Counted from the first letter of the stretch, positions 8,848 to 20,076 are shown. The stretch: DNA of 50,542 nucleotides from Candidatus Nomurabacteria bacterium CG1_02_43_90 (GCA_001871765.1 MNVN01000015.1:1-50542); one strand, 5' to 3'. Translations and numbers: made by a program. Notes: generated from the sequence alone by a model not told the origin.

Positions 8848-10422
8848 ATGAATACCATCCTCATCGAAAAAATAAGAAAAGAAATTGAAGCACTCGAACC
8901 GCAGACGACGGTTGAGCGCGTGGGTACCGTGGTCAAGGCAGGTGATGGTATCGCGGAAATAGAAGGATTGCGTGATGCGATGATGGCAGAGATGGTGGTT
9001 TTTGAGTCCGCGGGTGGTAAAGATGTTGCATATACTCTCGACGAAGAACCGATTGTGGGGTCCGTACTTAATCTCGAAGAAGACTTTGTGAAGGCAGTTA
9101 TTCTCTCGGGTGCCTCACGTATTTGCGAAGGTATGGTGGTCAAAGGTACTGGTACAACGCTTTCCATTCCTGTTTCGCGCACAATGGTAGGGCGTGTAGT
9201 GAATGCACTCGGTGAACCTATCGATGGTAAAGGTTCTATCAAAGAAGAGGGAAGGCTTCCTGTTGAGCGCGTAGCGTTTGGGGTGATCGACCGTGCTGCC
9301 GTAGATACACCTGTGCATACCGGCATCAAAGCTATTGATGCAATGATTCCGATTGGTCGTGGTCAGCGCGAGCTTATCATTGGCGACCGTGGTACCGGGA
9401 AAACAGCTATCGCCCTCGATACTATTTTGAACCAGATTCACGAGCCGAAAGAATCCCGCCCTGTTTGTATTTATGTAGCGATTGGTCAAAAGGAGTCAAA
9501 GATTGCACGCATCGTGGGCGACCTTGAAGAGCGGGGTGCCATGGCGTATACGATTGTCGTCGTTGCAGGTGCTTCGGATACTGCTGCGCTCCAGTATCTC
9601 GCACCATTTACGGGGGCGACAATAGGTGAATTTTTCATGCTAAAAGGAGAGGACGCGCTTGTTGTTTATGATGACCTTTCGAAACACGCAGTTGCATATC
9701 GCCAGATGTCGCTTCTCCTTCGTCGCCCCCCAGGACGTGAAGCATATCCTGGTGATGTGTTCTATCTTCACTCACGTCTTCTTGAACGCGCCGCAAAGTT
9801 GTCAGAAAAGTTAGGCGGGGGTTCACTTACCGCACTTCCTATTATTGAAACACAGCAAGGCGATGTATCGGCATACATTCCAACCAACGTGATTTCTATC
9901 ACCGATGGGCAAATTTATTTGGATACGGACTTGTTCAACAAAGGTATGCGTCCTTCGGTGAACGTCGGGCTCTCTGTATCTCGTGTTGGTTCGAATGCGC
10001 AAACAAAAGCAATGAAAAAAGTTGCGGGCAAGATTCGTCTCGAGCTCGCACAGTTCCGTGAACTGGAAGCGTTCATGCAGTTTGCAAGCGACCTCGATAA
10101 AGAAACGCGTGAACGTATCGAGAAGGGTCGTCGCCTCTCCGAACTTTTGAAACAAAGGAACGGTTATCCTTTGCCGTTCGAAAAAGAAGTACTCGCTATT
10201 TACGCGGGAATTTCAGGGATGCTTGATAAGGTGAAGCTTGAAGACACATATATCTTTGAATCGAAGCTCATGGAATATTTTGATCGCCATGCATCGAGTA
10301 TCTTGGAAGCAATGCGTAGTGAGTGTGCGATCTCAGAGCAGACCGAAACAAATCTCAAGGAAGCCCTAGCTAACTTTGTAAATGCGCACCCAGAACTCTT
10401 CATTGCTCCCGAGAGCAATTAA
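8848..10422 (+). CDS. atpA: ATP synthase alpha subunit
   Basis: [40 protein letters not shown]. Confidence 0.98.
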   Translation: MNTILIEKIRKEIEALEPQTTVERVGTVVKAGDGIAEIEGLRDAMMAEMVVFESAGGKDVAYTLDEEPIVGSVLNLEEDFVKAVILSGASRICEGMVVKGTGTTLSIPVSRTMVGRVVNALGEPIDGKGSIKEEGRLPVERVAFGVIDRAAVDTPVHTGIKAIDAMIPIGRGQRELIIGDRGTGKTAIALDTILNQIHEPKESRPVCIYVAIGQKESKIARIVGDLEERGAMAYTIVVVAGASDTAALQYLAPFTGATIGEFFMLKGEDALVVYDDLSKHAVAYRQMSLLLRRPPGREAYPGDVFYLHSRLLERAAKLSEKLGGGSLTALPIIETQQGDVSAYIPTNVISITDGQIYLDTDLFNKGMRPSVNVGLSVSRVGSNAQTKAMKKVAGKIRLELAQFRELEAFMQFASDLDKETRERIEKGRRLSELLKQRNGYPLPFEKEVLAIYAGISGMLDKVKLEDTYIFESKLMEYFDRHASSILEAMRSECAISEQTETNLKEALANFVNAHPELFIAPESN

Positions 10423-10503
10423 TATTCCTTATTAAGTAAAAACCACCAACTCCCTCGACTGCATTTTCTAAAAACTAATGACTATCGACTATCAACCACC
10501 CCT

Positions 10504-11430
10504 ATGTCCTCTCTTCGATCCATCAAAGACAAAATTCGCTCCGTCGGAAAGACTCACCAGGTAACCAAAGCCATGGAGGCGGTTTCGGGTGTAAAGATGC
10601 GCAAGGCACAGCTTGCTGCACTCTCTGCGCGGCCATACGCGCTTGCTGCTTTTCGCATCCTCTTGCGCATCGTTAACTCTGTGGACATCTCTCGCCACCG
10701 CTTGGTGCTTCCGCGCCCTGTAGAAAAAATGTTGGTGATCATTATCACGAGCGACAAGGGGCTTGCAGGGGGTTTGAATAGTGGCACTGAAAAGTGTGCA
10801 CTTGAAGCGTTGGCGGTAAAGGGAATCGCTCTCGAGAATACAGGTATTATCGCCATCGGACACAAAGGGGAAGAATTTTTTACACACCGCGGGTATATTC
10901 TGGAGGAACATATAGAAACAAAAAAAGACGAAAGTACCCTTGCTGATTTTACGGGTGTTGTGTCGCTTATTACCAACCTTTTTACCCGCGGAGAATACGA
11001 CGAATGCGTTTTAGTGTACACCGCATTTCGTTCTACCTTTGAACAAGAGCCTGTCCTGCGCACGCTTTTACCACTTTCTGTTGAAGGACTGCGCGGGATG
11101 GTAGAGGGTATTGTTCCCAAGCACGGCAAGTTCGCCGAGCTTAATGACCATCTCGATGTAGAAGAACATCCCAAGAATTATCTTTTTGAACCATCACCTG
11201 AAGTGGTTTTTGAAACTTTGCTCCCTCATTTACTCGCCATAGAAATTTACCACGCATTTCTTGAAGAAAAAGCATCTGAACATTCAGCGCGTATGGTAGC
11301 AATGCGGAACGCTTCCGACAAAGCAAGTGAGGTTACGTTCTCTCTTACTCGTGAATACAACAAAGCCCGCCAGAGTGCAATCACAAGTGAGATGAGTGAG
11401 ATTATTGGGGGGATGGAGGCGATGAAATAG
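10504..11430 (+). CDS. atpG: ATP synthase gamma subunit
   Basis: QVTKAMEAVS, TSDKGLAG, SEHSARMVAM, YNKARQSAIT. Confidence 0.97.
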   Translation: MSSLRSIKDKIRSVGKTHQVTKAMEAVSGVKMRKAQLAALSARPYALAAFRILLRIVNSVDISRHRLVLPRPVEKMLVIIITSDKGLAGGLNSGTEKCALEALAVKGIALENTGIIAIGHKGEEFFTHRGYILEEHIETKKDESTLADFTGVVSLITNLFTRGEYDECVLVYTAFRSTFEQEPVLRTLLPLSVEGLRGMVEGIVPKHGKFAELNDHLDVEEHPKNYLFEPSPEVVFETLLPHLLAIEIYHAFLEEKASEHSARMVAMRNASDKASEVTFSLTREYNKARQSAITSEMSEIIGGMEAMK

Positions 11431-11701
11431 CTTGGGGCCCGTCTTGTGGAACTTGCCCTTAGGTCATTCTGCTGAATGAGGTACGGATATTTTTCTGCTG
11501 AAAAAGCTCCAAGGGCGATTTTGTTAAATCGTCCTCGAGTTCGCTTCTGTTTAAAAAAAGGGGTGACCCGTGGAGGTTTTCGGATTCATGGGAAACAAAA
11601 AAAACGGGGTTGCCAAAAAAGACAACACCCGCAATTGTTTATGAAATTGTGTGGTGTAATTTAGTTTGACGTTACCGTATGGCACATGGTAGTACTATAA
11701 T

Positions 11702-11926
11702 ATGAAACAGCAATTTACGGCGGTATATAAAAAAAGTGGGAAATGTTATCTCGGTTGGGTCGAGGAACTTTCTGGTGTAAATACACAAGGACGTACCCTT
11801 GATGAAACTCGTAAAAATCTCGAAGAAGCACTCGGCCTTGTTCTTGAAGTCAATCGTGTGATCAGTCGTAAAGATGCAGGTGTTCGTGCTCTTCGTGAAC
11901 CACTTAGTATTCTTATTCCTGCGTAA
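11702..11926 (+). CDS. hicB: HicB-family antitoxin (short, partial RNase H fold only)
   Basis: FTAVY...YLGWVEELSGVNTQGRTLDETRKNLEEALGLVLE matches the HicB-like pattern; directly upstream of hicA. Confidence 0.85.
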   Translation: MKQQFTAVYKKSGKCYLGWVEELSGVNTQGRTLDETRKNLEEALGLVLEVNRVISRKDAGVRALREPLSILIPA

Positions 11927-12122
11927 ATGAAGCGAATCGATCTTCTTAAACATCTTAGCAAAGAAGGCTGTACGCTTATGCGTGAAGGTGCATCTCATAG
12001 CGTATTTTTTAATGTAATGACTCGTCGTACCTCAAACCGTATCACGTCATACTGAGATTGATAACAATCTTGCACAAAAGGTTTGTCGTGACCTTGGAGT
12101 TTCTAAGTGCTCTAAAAAATAG
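11927..12122 (+). pseudogene. hicA: HicA-family toxin, frameshifted
   Basis: MKRIDLLKHLSKEGCTLMREGASHSVF... stops at TGA 12053-12055; removing one A at CTCAAACC (12031-12038) restores ...TVSRHTEIDNNLAQKVCRDLGV ending at TAG 12120-12122. Confidence 0.85.
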
Positions 12123-12190
12123 TCTCTCATACTATTTTCCCCCTTGGTCTTTTCTCTAAAAAATGATAGAGTTTCAGCATTATTTCAGGG

Positions 12191-13691
<1,501 letters not shown>

Positions 13692-13701
13692 CGCAACTAA
13701 T

Positions 13702-13935
13702 ATGAAACTTACCATTGCAAAAGTAGATGAAGTTCTTTTTTTAGGAGAAGCAAAAAGTCTTTCTTGTCCGGGGACTTCAGGTGATCTCACTATTCTTCCC
13801 AATCATTCTCCGTTGGTTACCCCGCTCAAAAAGGGAGACCTCAAGGTTATTGATCACGAGGACAAAGAACTTATTATTCCTATCGAGCAAGGAGTTCTTG
13901 AGGTAGGGGGCAACGAAGTAACGGTGATATTGTAA
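13702..13935 (+). CDS. atpC: ATP synthase epsilon subunit, N-terminal beta domain only (77 aa)
   Basis: PGTSGDLTILPNHSPLVTPL motif; ends at VTVIL. Confidence 0.9.
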   Translation: MKLTIAKVDEVLFLGEAKSLSCPGTSGDLTILPNHSPLVTPLKKGDLKVIDHEDKELIIPIEQGVLEVGGNEVTVIL

Positions 13936-13946
13936 TTTTACACGTA

Positions 13947-14537
13947 TTACCTGCAGACTTTCCCTTTTTGCAGATTTTTTATCATCACGGGTATCCTTTT
14001 GAAATCCTCTTTCAATACTTCGCGAAGGGCGCCGTTATAGAGTGCCGCGGCGGGGTGGTAGAGGGGAAGGAAGTTGCGGGTTTTTCCAAAATAATTTGAA
14101 GTGACGAGTACGCCGTGTGCTTCAGAAATTTTTGCATCAGGGAAAAATTGATGCATCGCGTGTCGCCCAAGCAAAACAATAAGGGTTGGGTCAATGATTT
14201 TAATTTCTTCAGTAAGCCATTCTGAACAGTCCGCAATTTCCTTAGGAAGCGGGTCGCGATTGTTGGGCGGGCGATATTTTACAATATTTGTAATATATAC
14301 TTCCTCGCGTTTGAGGTTAATGCTTGCCAGCATTTCTTCGAGAAATTTCCCTGCGGAGCCGACAAAGGGTCGCCCCAACTCGTCTTCTTTTTTGCCTGGT
14401 GCTTCACCAATAAACACGACAGTGGCACTATGACTACCTTCGCCACAAACGCCTTGTGTAGCCTCATTTTTGAGCCCACAGGTGCATCCTAGAAGCCATT
14501 TTCCATTAAGGTTTTTGAGGAGAGCTTTTTTGTCCAT
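13947..14537 (-). CDS. Uracil-DNA glycosylase, family 4
   Basis: FIGEAPGKKED...GRPFVG, YITNIVKYRPPNNRDP, LYHPAAALY. Confidence 0.93.
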   Translation of the reverse strand: MDKKALLKNLNGKWLLGCTCGLKNEATQGVCGEGSHSATVVFIGEAPGKKEDELGRPFVGSAGKFLEEMLASINLKREEVYITNIVKYRPPNNRDPLPKEIADCSEWLTEEIKIIDPTLIVLLGRHAMHQFFPDAKISEAHGVLVTSNYFGKTRNFLPLYHPAAALYNGALREVLKEDFKRIPVMIKNLQKGKVCR

Positions 14538-14600
14538 AGGGCGATTGTAGCATATTTATCAGTGCTTGATTTTTGTTTTTTAAGAGAATACAATAACACT

Positions 14601-14834
14601 ATGTTTAATTTTGAATTAACTTCGCGCGAAAATAAAGAAAATATTCCGCAACACAACCCCGAGAATAATAAGGGGCTGGAAGGAGCATGTGTAACTTGCC
14701 ATGGAGAAGGTCAGGTCCCACATGGTTTTTTAAAACCTAAAAAAGTTTGCGGAGAATGCCATGGAAAAGGTTTTGTAAAACCTTCGGCAGAGCCAGAGAG
14801 AAAGTACGATTGGGAAACAGGCACGGTGCACTAA
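14601..14834 (+). CDS. Small protein with DnaJ-type CxxCxGxG zinc finger
   Basis: CVTCHGEG and CGECHGKG repeats; TACAAT -10 shortly before ATG 14601. Confidence 0.7.
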   Translation: MFNFELTSRENKENIPQHNPENNKGLEGACVTCHGEGQVPHGFLKPKKVCGECHGKGFVKPSAEPERKYDWETGTVH

Positions 14835-14837
14835 TTT

Positions 14838-15342
14838 TTAAATCTGGTATTTCTTGTGAAGTGTTATGGGGACACCTGCATTTCTAGATTTGTCGACAGT
14901 GTCTTGTGTGTCAGTACTCTCGTTGACCTGGAACGCATATACCTCGTCCGAGTACGTAACTTCTTGGTCGTGGCGCAAATTGTAGTGCTCTTGAGTGATT
15001 ATTTTATACCGCATTTCTAAAAGGCTCGCAGGGTTCATCTCTTTAATTCTTTTTAAAATTATTGAGAGATTTTCGATGTCATTTTTCGTCACGGGTTCGT
15101 GGAACCAGTTGGTGTAGTAGTCTTGGATATAGCTATCAAGTCGCGCGGGAATAATAACCCGAAGCTGTGTTGCACTAGGATTATGTTTCAACACCTCATC
15201 CATTGCAAAGTAATCTACTCCTGTTGCCCCCCGTAACCACGCCGTCGCCTCGCGCAAGAACTTCGCATACCGCATTACGCACATCTTGCTCGACTTCTTC
15301 GTTGGTAAGGCTCCATGTTCCTGTAAATAAGACCCATTTCAT
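14838..15342 (-). pseudogene. SLOG-superfamily (DprA/YpsA/LOG-like) protein, frameshifted
   Basis: MKWVLFTGTW...GVVTGG (frame of ORF 15196-15444) joins ATGVDYFA...AFQVNESTDTQDT (ORF 14838-15284) if one base is added in the C6 run at 15227-15232. Confidence 0.75.
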
Positions 15343-15386
15343 AGTGGGCTCACTATACCGTAATTTTATGGTATAATCAACCGCAT

Positions 15387-16172
15387 ATGACAGAACGAAA
15401 ACCAACAAAGAAAGCACATGGCACGTCGTGGGGAGGCGTAGCACATTGGTACGACACGCTTCTTGCGAGCGACGACACCTATCAAGCGCAGGTTATTTTG
15501 CCCAACTTGTTGCGCGTTATGAGTCTCAAAAAAGGTGAGCGAGTACTTGACCTTGGGTGCGGGCAAGGTTTCTTTTCGCGTGCTTTTGCAAAAGAGGGTG
15601 CGACGGTGGTGGGTGTTGATTTGAGCAAAGAGCTCATCGCTATTGCAAAAAAGACGACTACCGATACCTCGGCGAAGATTGAATTTTTTGCATCAAGCGC
15701 CGAAGACCTCCATCGTTTTGAGGATGCCAGTTTTGATAAGATTGCCGTAGTCCTTGCAGTACAAAACATGGAAGCCCCCCACCTTGTGTTCAAAGAATGT
15801 TTCCGCGTACTAAAAAATAAAGGTTCTTTGTATGTTGTCGTCAACCATCCTGCATTTCGTGTTCCACAAAATTCTGACTGGGGATATGACGAAGCAAAAA
15901 AGGTGCAGTACCGTCGTACCGAGCGATATCTTTCGGAATCAAAAGTTATTATTGAAATGAACCCCGGCAACCCACATGGTGCGACGACGATTTCTTTTCA
16001 TCGCCCTCTCCAATATTTTTTCAAGACTCTTGCGAATGCAGGATTTTGTGTTGCGCGTCTTGAGGAGTGGACATCGCATCGCGAAAGCGAAAAAGGTCCC
16101 CGCAAGGTCGAAGAAGATCACGCACGCAAAGAAATTCCGTTATTTATGATGATGGAGGTAATAAAACGATAA
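15387..16172 (+). CDS. Class I SAM-dependent methyltransferase
   Basis: RVLDLGCGQG, VGVDLS, FRVLKNKG motifs. Confidence 0.9.
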   Translation: MTERKPTKKAHGTSWGGVAHWYDTLLASDDTYQAQVILPNLLRVMSLKKGERVLDLGCGQGFFSRAFAKEGATVVGVDLSKELIAIAKKTTTDTSAKIEFFASSAEDLHRFEDASFDKIAVVLAVQNMEAPHLVFKECFRVLKNKGSLYVVVNHPAFRVPQNSDWGYDEAKKVQYRRTERYLSESKVIIEMNPGNPHGATTISFHRPLQYFFKTLANAGFCVARLEEWTSHRESEKGPRKVEEDHARKEIPLFMMMEVIKR

Positions 16173-16176
16173 CCGT

Positions 16177-17205
16177 ATGATAGGACAACTACTTGGTATT
16201 ATTGCAGGGATTTTTGCACTTGTTGCGGCTGGGGCGCTTTCGTATGTTTCGCTTGAACAGTCGTTTGGACCACGGACGGTTATGCCACCAACTTCTGCGA
16301 TAGTACAGAAAACTCCCGTTGTTGCTGTCGCCACACCTTCGTCCTCAGCTGTTATTACTCCCAAGAAAACAACATCGGTACCAGTACCTGCGAAGGTTTC
16401 AGTTCCCACAAAAACAAACGGTAGCCTTACTCCCGCAAAAGCAAATGTCGGAAAAACGATAGTTACGCCAGGGCCACTACGTGCGACAACTATTACGCTA
16501 CCAAGCTCATCATCGGCGCCCTCTGACCTCACGGTTTCAGGGGTCATTCTCTATACCAATAGCGAACGTGCGCAAAATGGCGGACTCCCCGCACTCACCG
16601 AAAATTCATTCCTTGATCGTGATGCGCAAATGAAACTTGCTGACATGTTTGCAAAGCAGTATTTCGAACACGTGTCGCCGACGGGTGTTGGTCCTGGCGA
16701 CCTCGCAAAAGCAGTAGGATATCCGTACGTGATTGTGGGAGAGAACCTCGCCCTTGGGGACTTTGGATCTAATCAAGGCGTACTCACGGCGTGGATGAAT
16801 AGCCCTGGGCATCGTGCGAACATATTGAACCCACACTATACAGAGATAGGGGTTGCGGTAGGCAAAGGAATGTACGAAGGACGCATGACCTGGCTTGCGG
16901 TGCAGAGTTTTGGCATGCCACTTTCTGCTTGTCCAGAGATATCTGTTGCCGTAAAAAATCAGATTGATGCAAACAATACCGAAATCGCGCGCCTGCGCGC
17001 TGCTCTTGATGCAAAAAAAGCACAGGTTGATGCAACTCCAACGAGTGACCCAAATTACAATACCTACGCAAATGAATTTAATGCGTTAGTTCCGCAGTAC
17101 AACATGATCATTGAAATGAACCGTACGCTTGTTGCAAACTATAATACGAGTGTGCAAGTGTTTAATGATTGTATCAACGTCGCAGGAACTGCCGTTGCAC
17201 ACTAA
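16177..17205 (+). CDS. Membrane-anchored CAP (SCP/PR-1) domain protein
   Basis: N-terminal TM, Pro/Thr/Ser linker, TNSERA..YFEH..GENLA..WMNSPGHRANIL..EIGVAV, C-terminal coiled coil. Confidence 0.9.
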   Translation: MIGQLLGIIAGIFALVAAGALSYVSLEQSFGPRTVMPPTSAIVQKTPVVAVATPSSSAVITPKKTTSVPVPAKVSVPTKTNGSLTPAKANVGKTIVTPGPLRATTITLPSSSSAPSDLTVSGVILYTNSERAQNGGLPALTENSFLDRDAQMKLADMFAKQYFEHVSPTGVGPGDLAKAVGYPYVIVGENLALGDFGSNQGVLTAWMNSPGHRANILNPHYTEIGVAVGKGMYEGRMTWLAVQSFGMPLSACPEISVAVKNQIDANNTEIARLRAALDAKKAQVDATPTSDPNYNTYANEFNALVPQYNMIIEMNRTLVANYNTSVQVFNDCINVAGTAVAH

Positions 17206-17207
17206 TA

Positions 17208-17912
17208 ATGAGTACCTTAATTTTTGATATTGAAACGGTTGGCGAAGATTTTGATTCTTTCGATGAAACCACGCAGGCATCGCTCACGCGCTGGGTTCGT
17301 CGTGAGCCACTTGCCGAGCAGGAGCGCCTTTTGGGTGAAGTGAAAAATGGCCTTGGCCTCTCGCCACTCACCGGGCGCATTGTTGCTATTGGTGTCCTTG
17401 ATGAAGAGAAAGGGAAGGGGGCGGTATATTTTGACGCACCCAAGGGTGACTTTCCTGAGCGCGAAGAGAACGGCATGAAGCTCAAGCCAATGAGTGAAAA
17501 AGAAATGCTCGAAAACTTTTGGCGAGGAGTTGCCGAATACGAAACGTTCATTAGTTTCAATGGACGAGGGTTTGACGTCCCGTTCCTTATGGTACGTTCA
17601 GCAGTTCATGGTATTCGCCCCACGAAAGATTTAATGTCCAACCGCTACCTCGAAAGCCAAGACTATGACGCGCGTCACATTGACCTCATGGATCAGCTTT
17701 CTTTTTATGGTGCAGTACGTCGAAAGGGAAGTCTTCATATGTGGTGTCGCGTATTTGGCATTGAGAGTCCCAAAGCCGATGGTGTGTCAGGTGCAGATAT
17801 TAAGCGCCTCTTTGACGAAGCACGTTTTGAAGACATCGCGCGCTATAACGCAAAAGACCTTTTTGCGACCCGCGATCTCTACCGGCATTGGCGAAAGAAT
17901 GTGGCGTTTTAG
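17208..17912 (+). CDS. DEDD 3'-5' exonuclease, PolB-proofreading-like
   Basis: IFDIETV (ExoI), SFNGRGFDVPFL (ExoII), RYNAKDL (ExoIII). Confidence 0.88.
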   Translation: MSTLIFDIETVGEDFDSFDETTQASLTRWVRREPLAEQERLLGEVKNGLGLSPLTGRIVAIGVLDEEKGKGAVYFDAPKGDFPEREENGMKLKPMSEKEMLENFWRGVAEYETFISFNGRGFDVPFLMVRSAVHGIRPTKDLMSNRYLESQDYDARHIDLMDQLSFYGAVRRKGSLHMWCRVFGIESPKADGVSGADIKRLFDEARFEDIARYNAKDLFATRDLYRHWRKNVAF

Positions 17913-17991
17913 TTGTTTTCAAAAAGGACCGTCCTTTTTATCCAAAAGATTCTCATATTCAATCGTCCACTATTTATGCTACACTATCCCT

Positions 17992-18798
17992 ATGTCTGAT
18001 TTTTATAAACCCAATCGAAAACCAGATTGGAATTATGGTGGCCCGCGTTGGCGCCTCTCTCGTTCAAAGATAGACCTCTTCGAACAATGCCCTCGTTGTT
18101 TTTATATTGATAATAAATTGGGCACCGCGCGCCCACCGGGATTTCCGTTTAACTTAAACAGTGCTGTCGATCATCTTCTCAAAAAAGAATTTGATATTCA
18201 CCGTGCAGGCAAAACACCTCATCCTTTGATGGAAAAGTATGGTGTGGATGCCGTTCCGTTTCTCCACGAGAATATGGACGTATGGCGTGAAAATTTTAAA
18301 GGCATTGAATATAAACACCCTGATACCGGAATGATGATTTCTGGCGCAGTCGATGATATTTGGGTAAAACCAAAAGGTGAGCTTATTATTGTTGACTACA
18401 AGTCCACGAGCAAAGACGAGGAGATCACTACACTCGATGAAGATTGGCATGACGGTTACAAGCGACAGATGGAAGTGTACCAGTGGCTTTTCCGCAAAAA
18501 CGGGTTTACCGTTTCTGATACGGGATACTTCGTGTATGCCAACGGCAATAAAGATAAAAAAGCATTCGATGGAAAACTTGAATTTGATCTGACCCTTATT
18601 CCCTACACAGGCAATACTGAATGGGTAGATAAAACAATTTTGAATATTAAGAAATGCTTAGACACCGACGAGATTCCTCCGGTAGGCGAGCATTGTGATT
18701 ATTGTGCCTACCGCAAAGCCGCGCGCGATGTGCAACAAGAATTCCTTTCCGCAAAAGCAAAACTTGGAAAAGAGAGCAAAAAAGGATTGTTCGGGTAG
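17992..18798 (+). CDS. PD-(D/E)XK nuclease, Cas4/AddB-like
   Basis: LSRSKI..CPRCFY, GAVDDIW..IVDYKST, QMEVY, C-terminal HCDYC; start at MSDFY. Confidence 0.88.
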   Translation: MSDFYKPNRKPDWNYGGPRWRLSRSKIDLFEQCPRCFYIDNKLGTARPPGFPFNLNSAVDHLLKKEFDIHRAGKTPHPLMEKYGVDAVPFLHENMDVWRENFKGIEYKHPDTGMMISGAVDDIWVKPKGELIIVDYKSTSKDEEITTLDEDWHDGYKRQMEVYQWLFRKNGFTVSDTGYFVYANGNKDKKAFDGKLEFDLTLIPYTGNTEWVDKTILNIKKCLDTDEIPPVGEHCDYCAYRKAARDVQQEFLSAKAKLGKESKKGLFG

Positions 18799-18862
18799 GG
18801 TTGCTAAAAATAGATGAAATAATAGTTTTTGAAGTCCGAAGTAATTTAAGAGAAGAATCTTT

Positions 18863-19720
18863 ATGAAACAAGAACAAACAGTAATCATTTCAAATAGCCA
18901 GCGAGTGAACACGATAAAAGAACGTATCAAAAAAGGTGGCTCCATTCGGTTGCATGTTTTGACTGATTTTGATCGTACACTCACCACCGCATTCGTGGAT
19001 GGCAAAAGTGTCCCCTCTCTTATTTCGCTGTTGCGTGACGGTAACTATCTTACGCCTGATTATGCAAAGAAAGCACATGCGCTCTTTAATAAATATCATC
19101 CGATTGAAATTGATATGGCCATTTCTCACAAAGAGAAAGAGTGGGCAATGGAGCAGTGGTGGCGAACGCATCTCCAGCTTCTGATTGATTCAGGATTTAA
19201 CAGGAGCGACCTTGAAAAGGTTGTTACTGGAGGAGGAGTAAAACTTCGTGAAGGGTTTGTCTCCTTCGTAAATATTTTGCATGCACAAAATATCCCTCTT
19301 GTTATTATGTCTTCGAGCGGGCTTGGATCGGAGAGTGTCGCACTGTATCTGAAACAAGCAGGATTGCTTTACGACAACGTGTATATCATTTGCAATGAGT
19401 ATGAGTGGGACGAAGTAGGAAGAGCGGTGGGTGTTCGTGAGCCGATTATCCATCTACTAAATAAATACGAAATAGCGATACAAGATTATCCTATATTTGA
19501 AATAGTAAAAGACAGAAAAAATGTAATCTTGCTCGGTGATAGTATTGATGACATAGGTATGGTCAAAGGGTTTGCATACGAGAACCTTCTCTCTGTTGGT
19601 TTTTTGAATGACACGACCAACGAATGCCTCGCTTACTATACTGACGTATTTGATGTAGTGCTTACAGGAGACACTTCTTTCGATTTTCCAAACCAATTGC
19701 TAGAAGAGATCATTATATAG
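18863..19720 (+). CDS. HAD-family pyrimidine 5'-nucleotidase (cN-III / UMPH-1-like)
   Basis: LHVLTDFDRTLT, KYHPIEID..EKEWAMEQWW, LREG, NVILLGDSIDD, VGFLND. Confidence 0.85.
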   Translation: MKQEQTVIISNSQRVNTIKERIKKGGSIRLHVLTDFDRTLTTAFVDGKSVPSLISLLRDGNYLTPDYAKKAHALFNKYHPIEIDMAISHKEKEWAMEQWWRTHLQLLIDSGFNRSDLEKVVTGGGVKLREGFVSFVNILHAQNIPLVIMSSSGLGSESVALYLKQAGLLYDNVYIICNEYEWDEVGRAVGVREPIIHLLNKYEIAIQDYPIFEIVKDRKNVILLGDSIDDIGMVKGFAYENLLSVGFLNDTTNECLAYYTDVFDVVLTGDTSFDFPNQLLEEIII

Positions 19721-19792
19721 ACACAATAAGGTGATGTCTAATCAGTGCCTTATTTGTTGAAAAAATAGTTTTTTTCTGCTAAACTCCCCTGT

Positions 19793-20017
19793 ATGTTTAA
19801 AGAATTTTTATTAAAAAAGATGATTAAGAGCCAACTGAAAGGGGTTCCTGATGCTCAAGTTGACCATATTATTGCCTTAGTAGAAAAAAATCCTGACCTT
19901 TTCAAAAAGATTGGGGATGAAATTCAGGCAAAGGTAAAAGCTGGTCGTTCCCAACAAGCTGCATCGATGGAAGTAATGCGTGCACATCAAGCAGAACTTC
20001 AGAAAGTATTGAAGTAG
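19793..20017 (+). CDS. Small helical hypothetical protein
   Basis: 74-aa ORF preceded by TGcTAAACT -10; codon pattern like highly expressed genes. Confidence 0.75.
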   Translation: MFKEFLLKKMIKSQLKGVPDAQVDHIIALVEKNPDLFKKIGDEIQAKVKAGRSQQAASMEVMRAHQAELQKVLK

Positions 20018-20076
20018 TTTTTATTGTTTCTTCTCTTTCTCCTTTATAAACTTTAATAACTTTTTAACTAACTCTC

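Noticed and set aside
11476-11664. 62-aa basic ORF in the atpG-hicB gap
   Set aside because: Low-complexity translation of A-runs and a hairpin; no SD or leaderless promoter
14670-14775. Two CxxCH motifs suggesting a c-type cytochrome
   Set aside because: No signal peptide, and both fit CxxCxGxG zinc-finger repeats
17992-18798. CRISPR-Cas locus suggested by the Cas4-like gene
   Set aside because: No repeat-spacer array or other cas genes anywhere in the window
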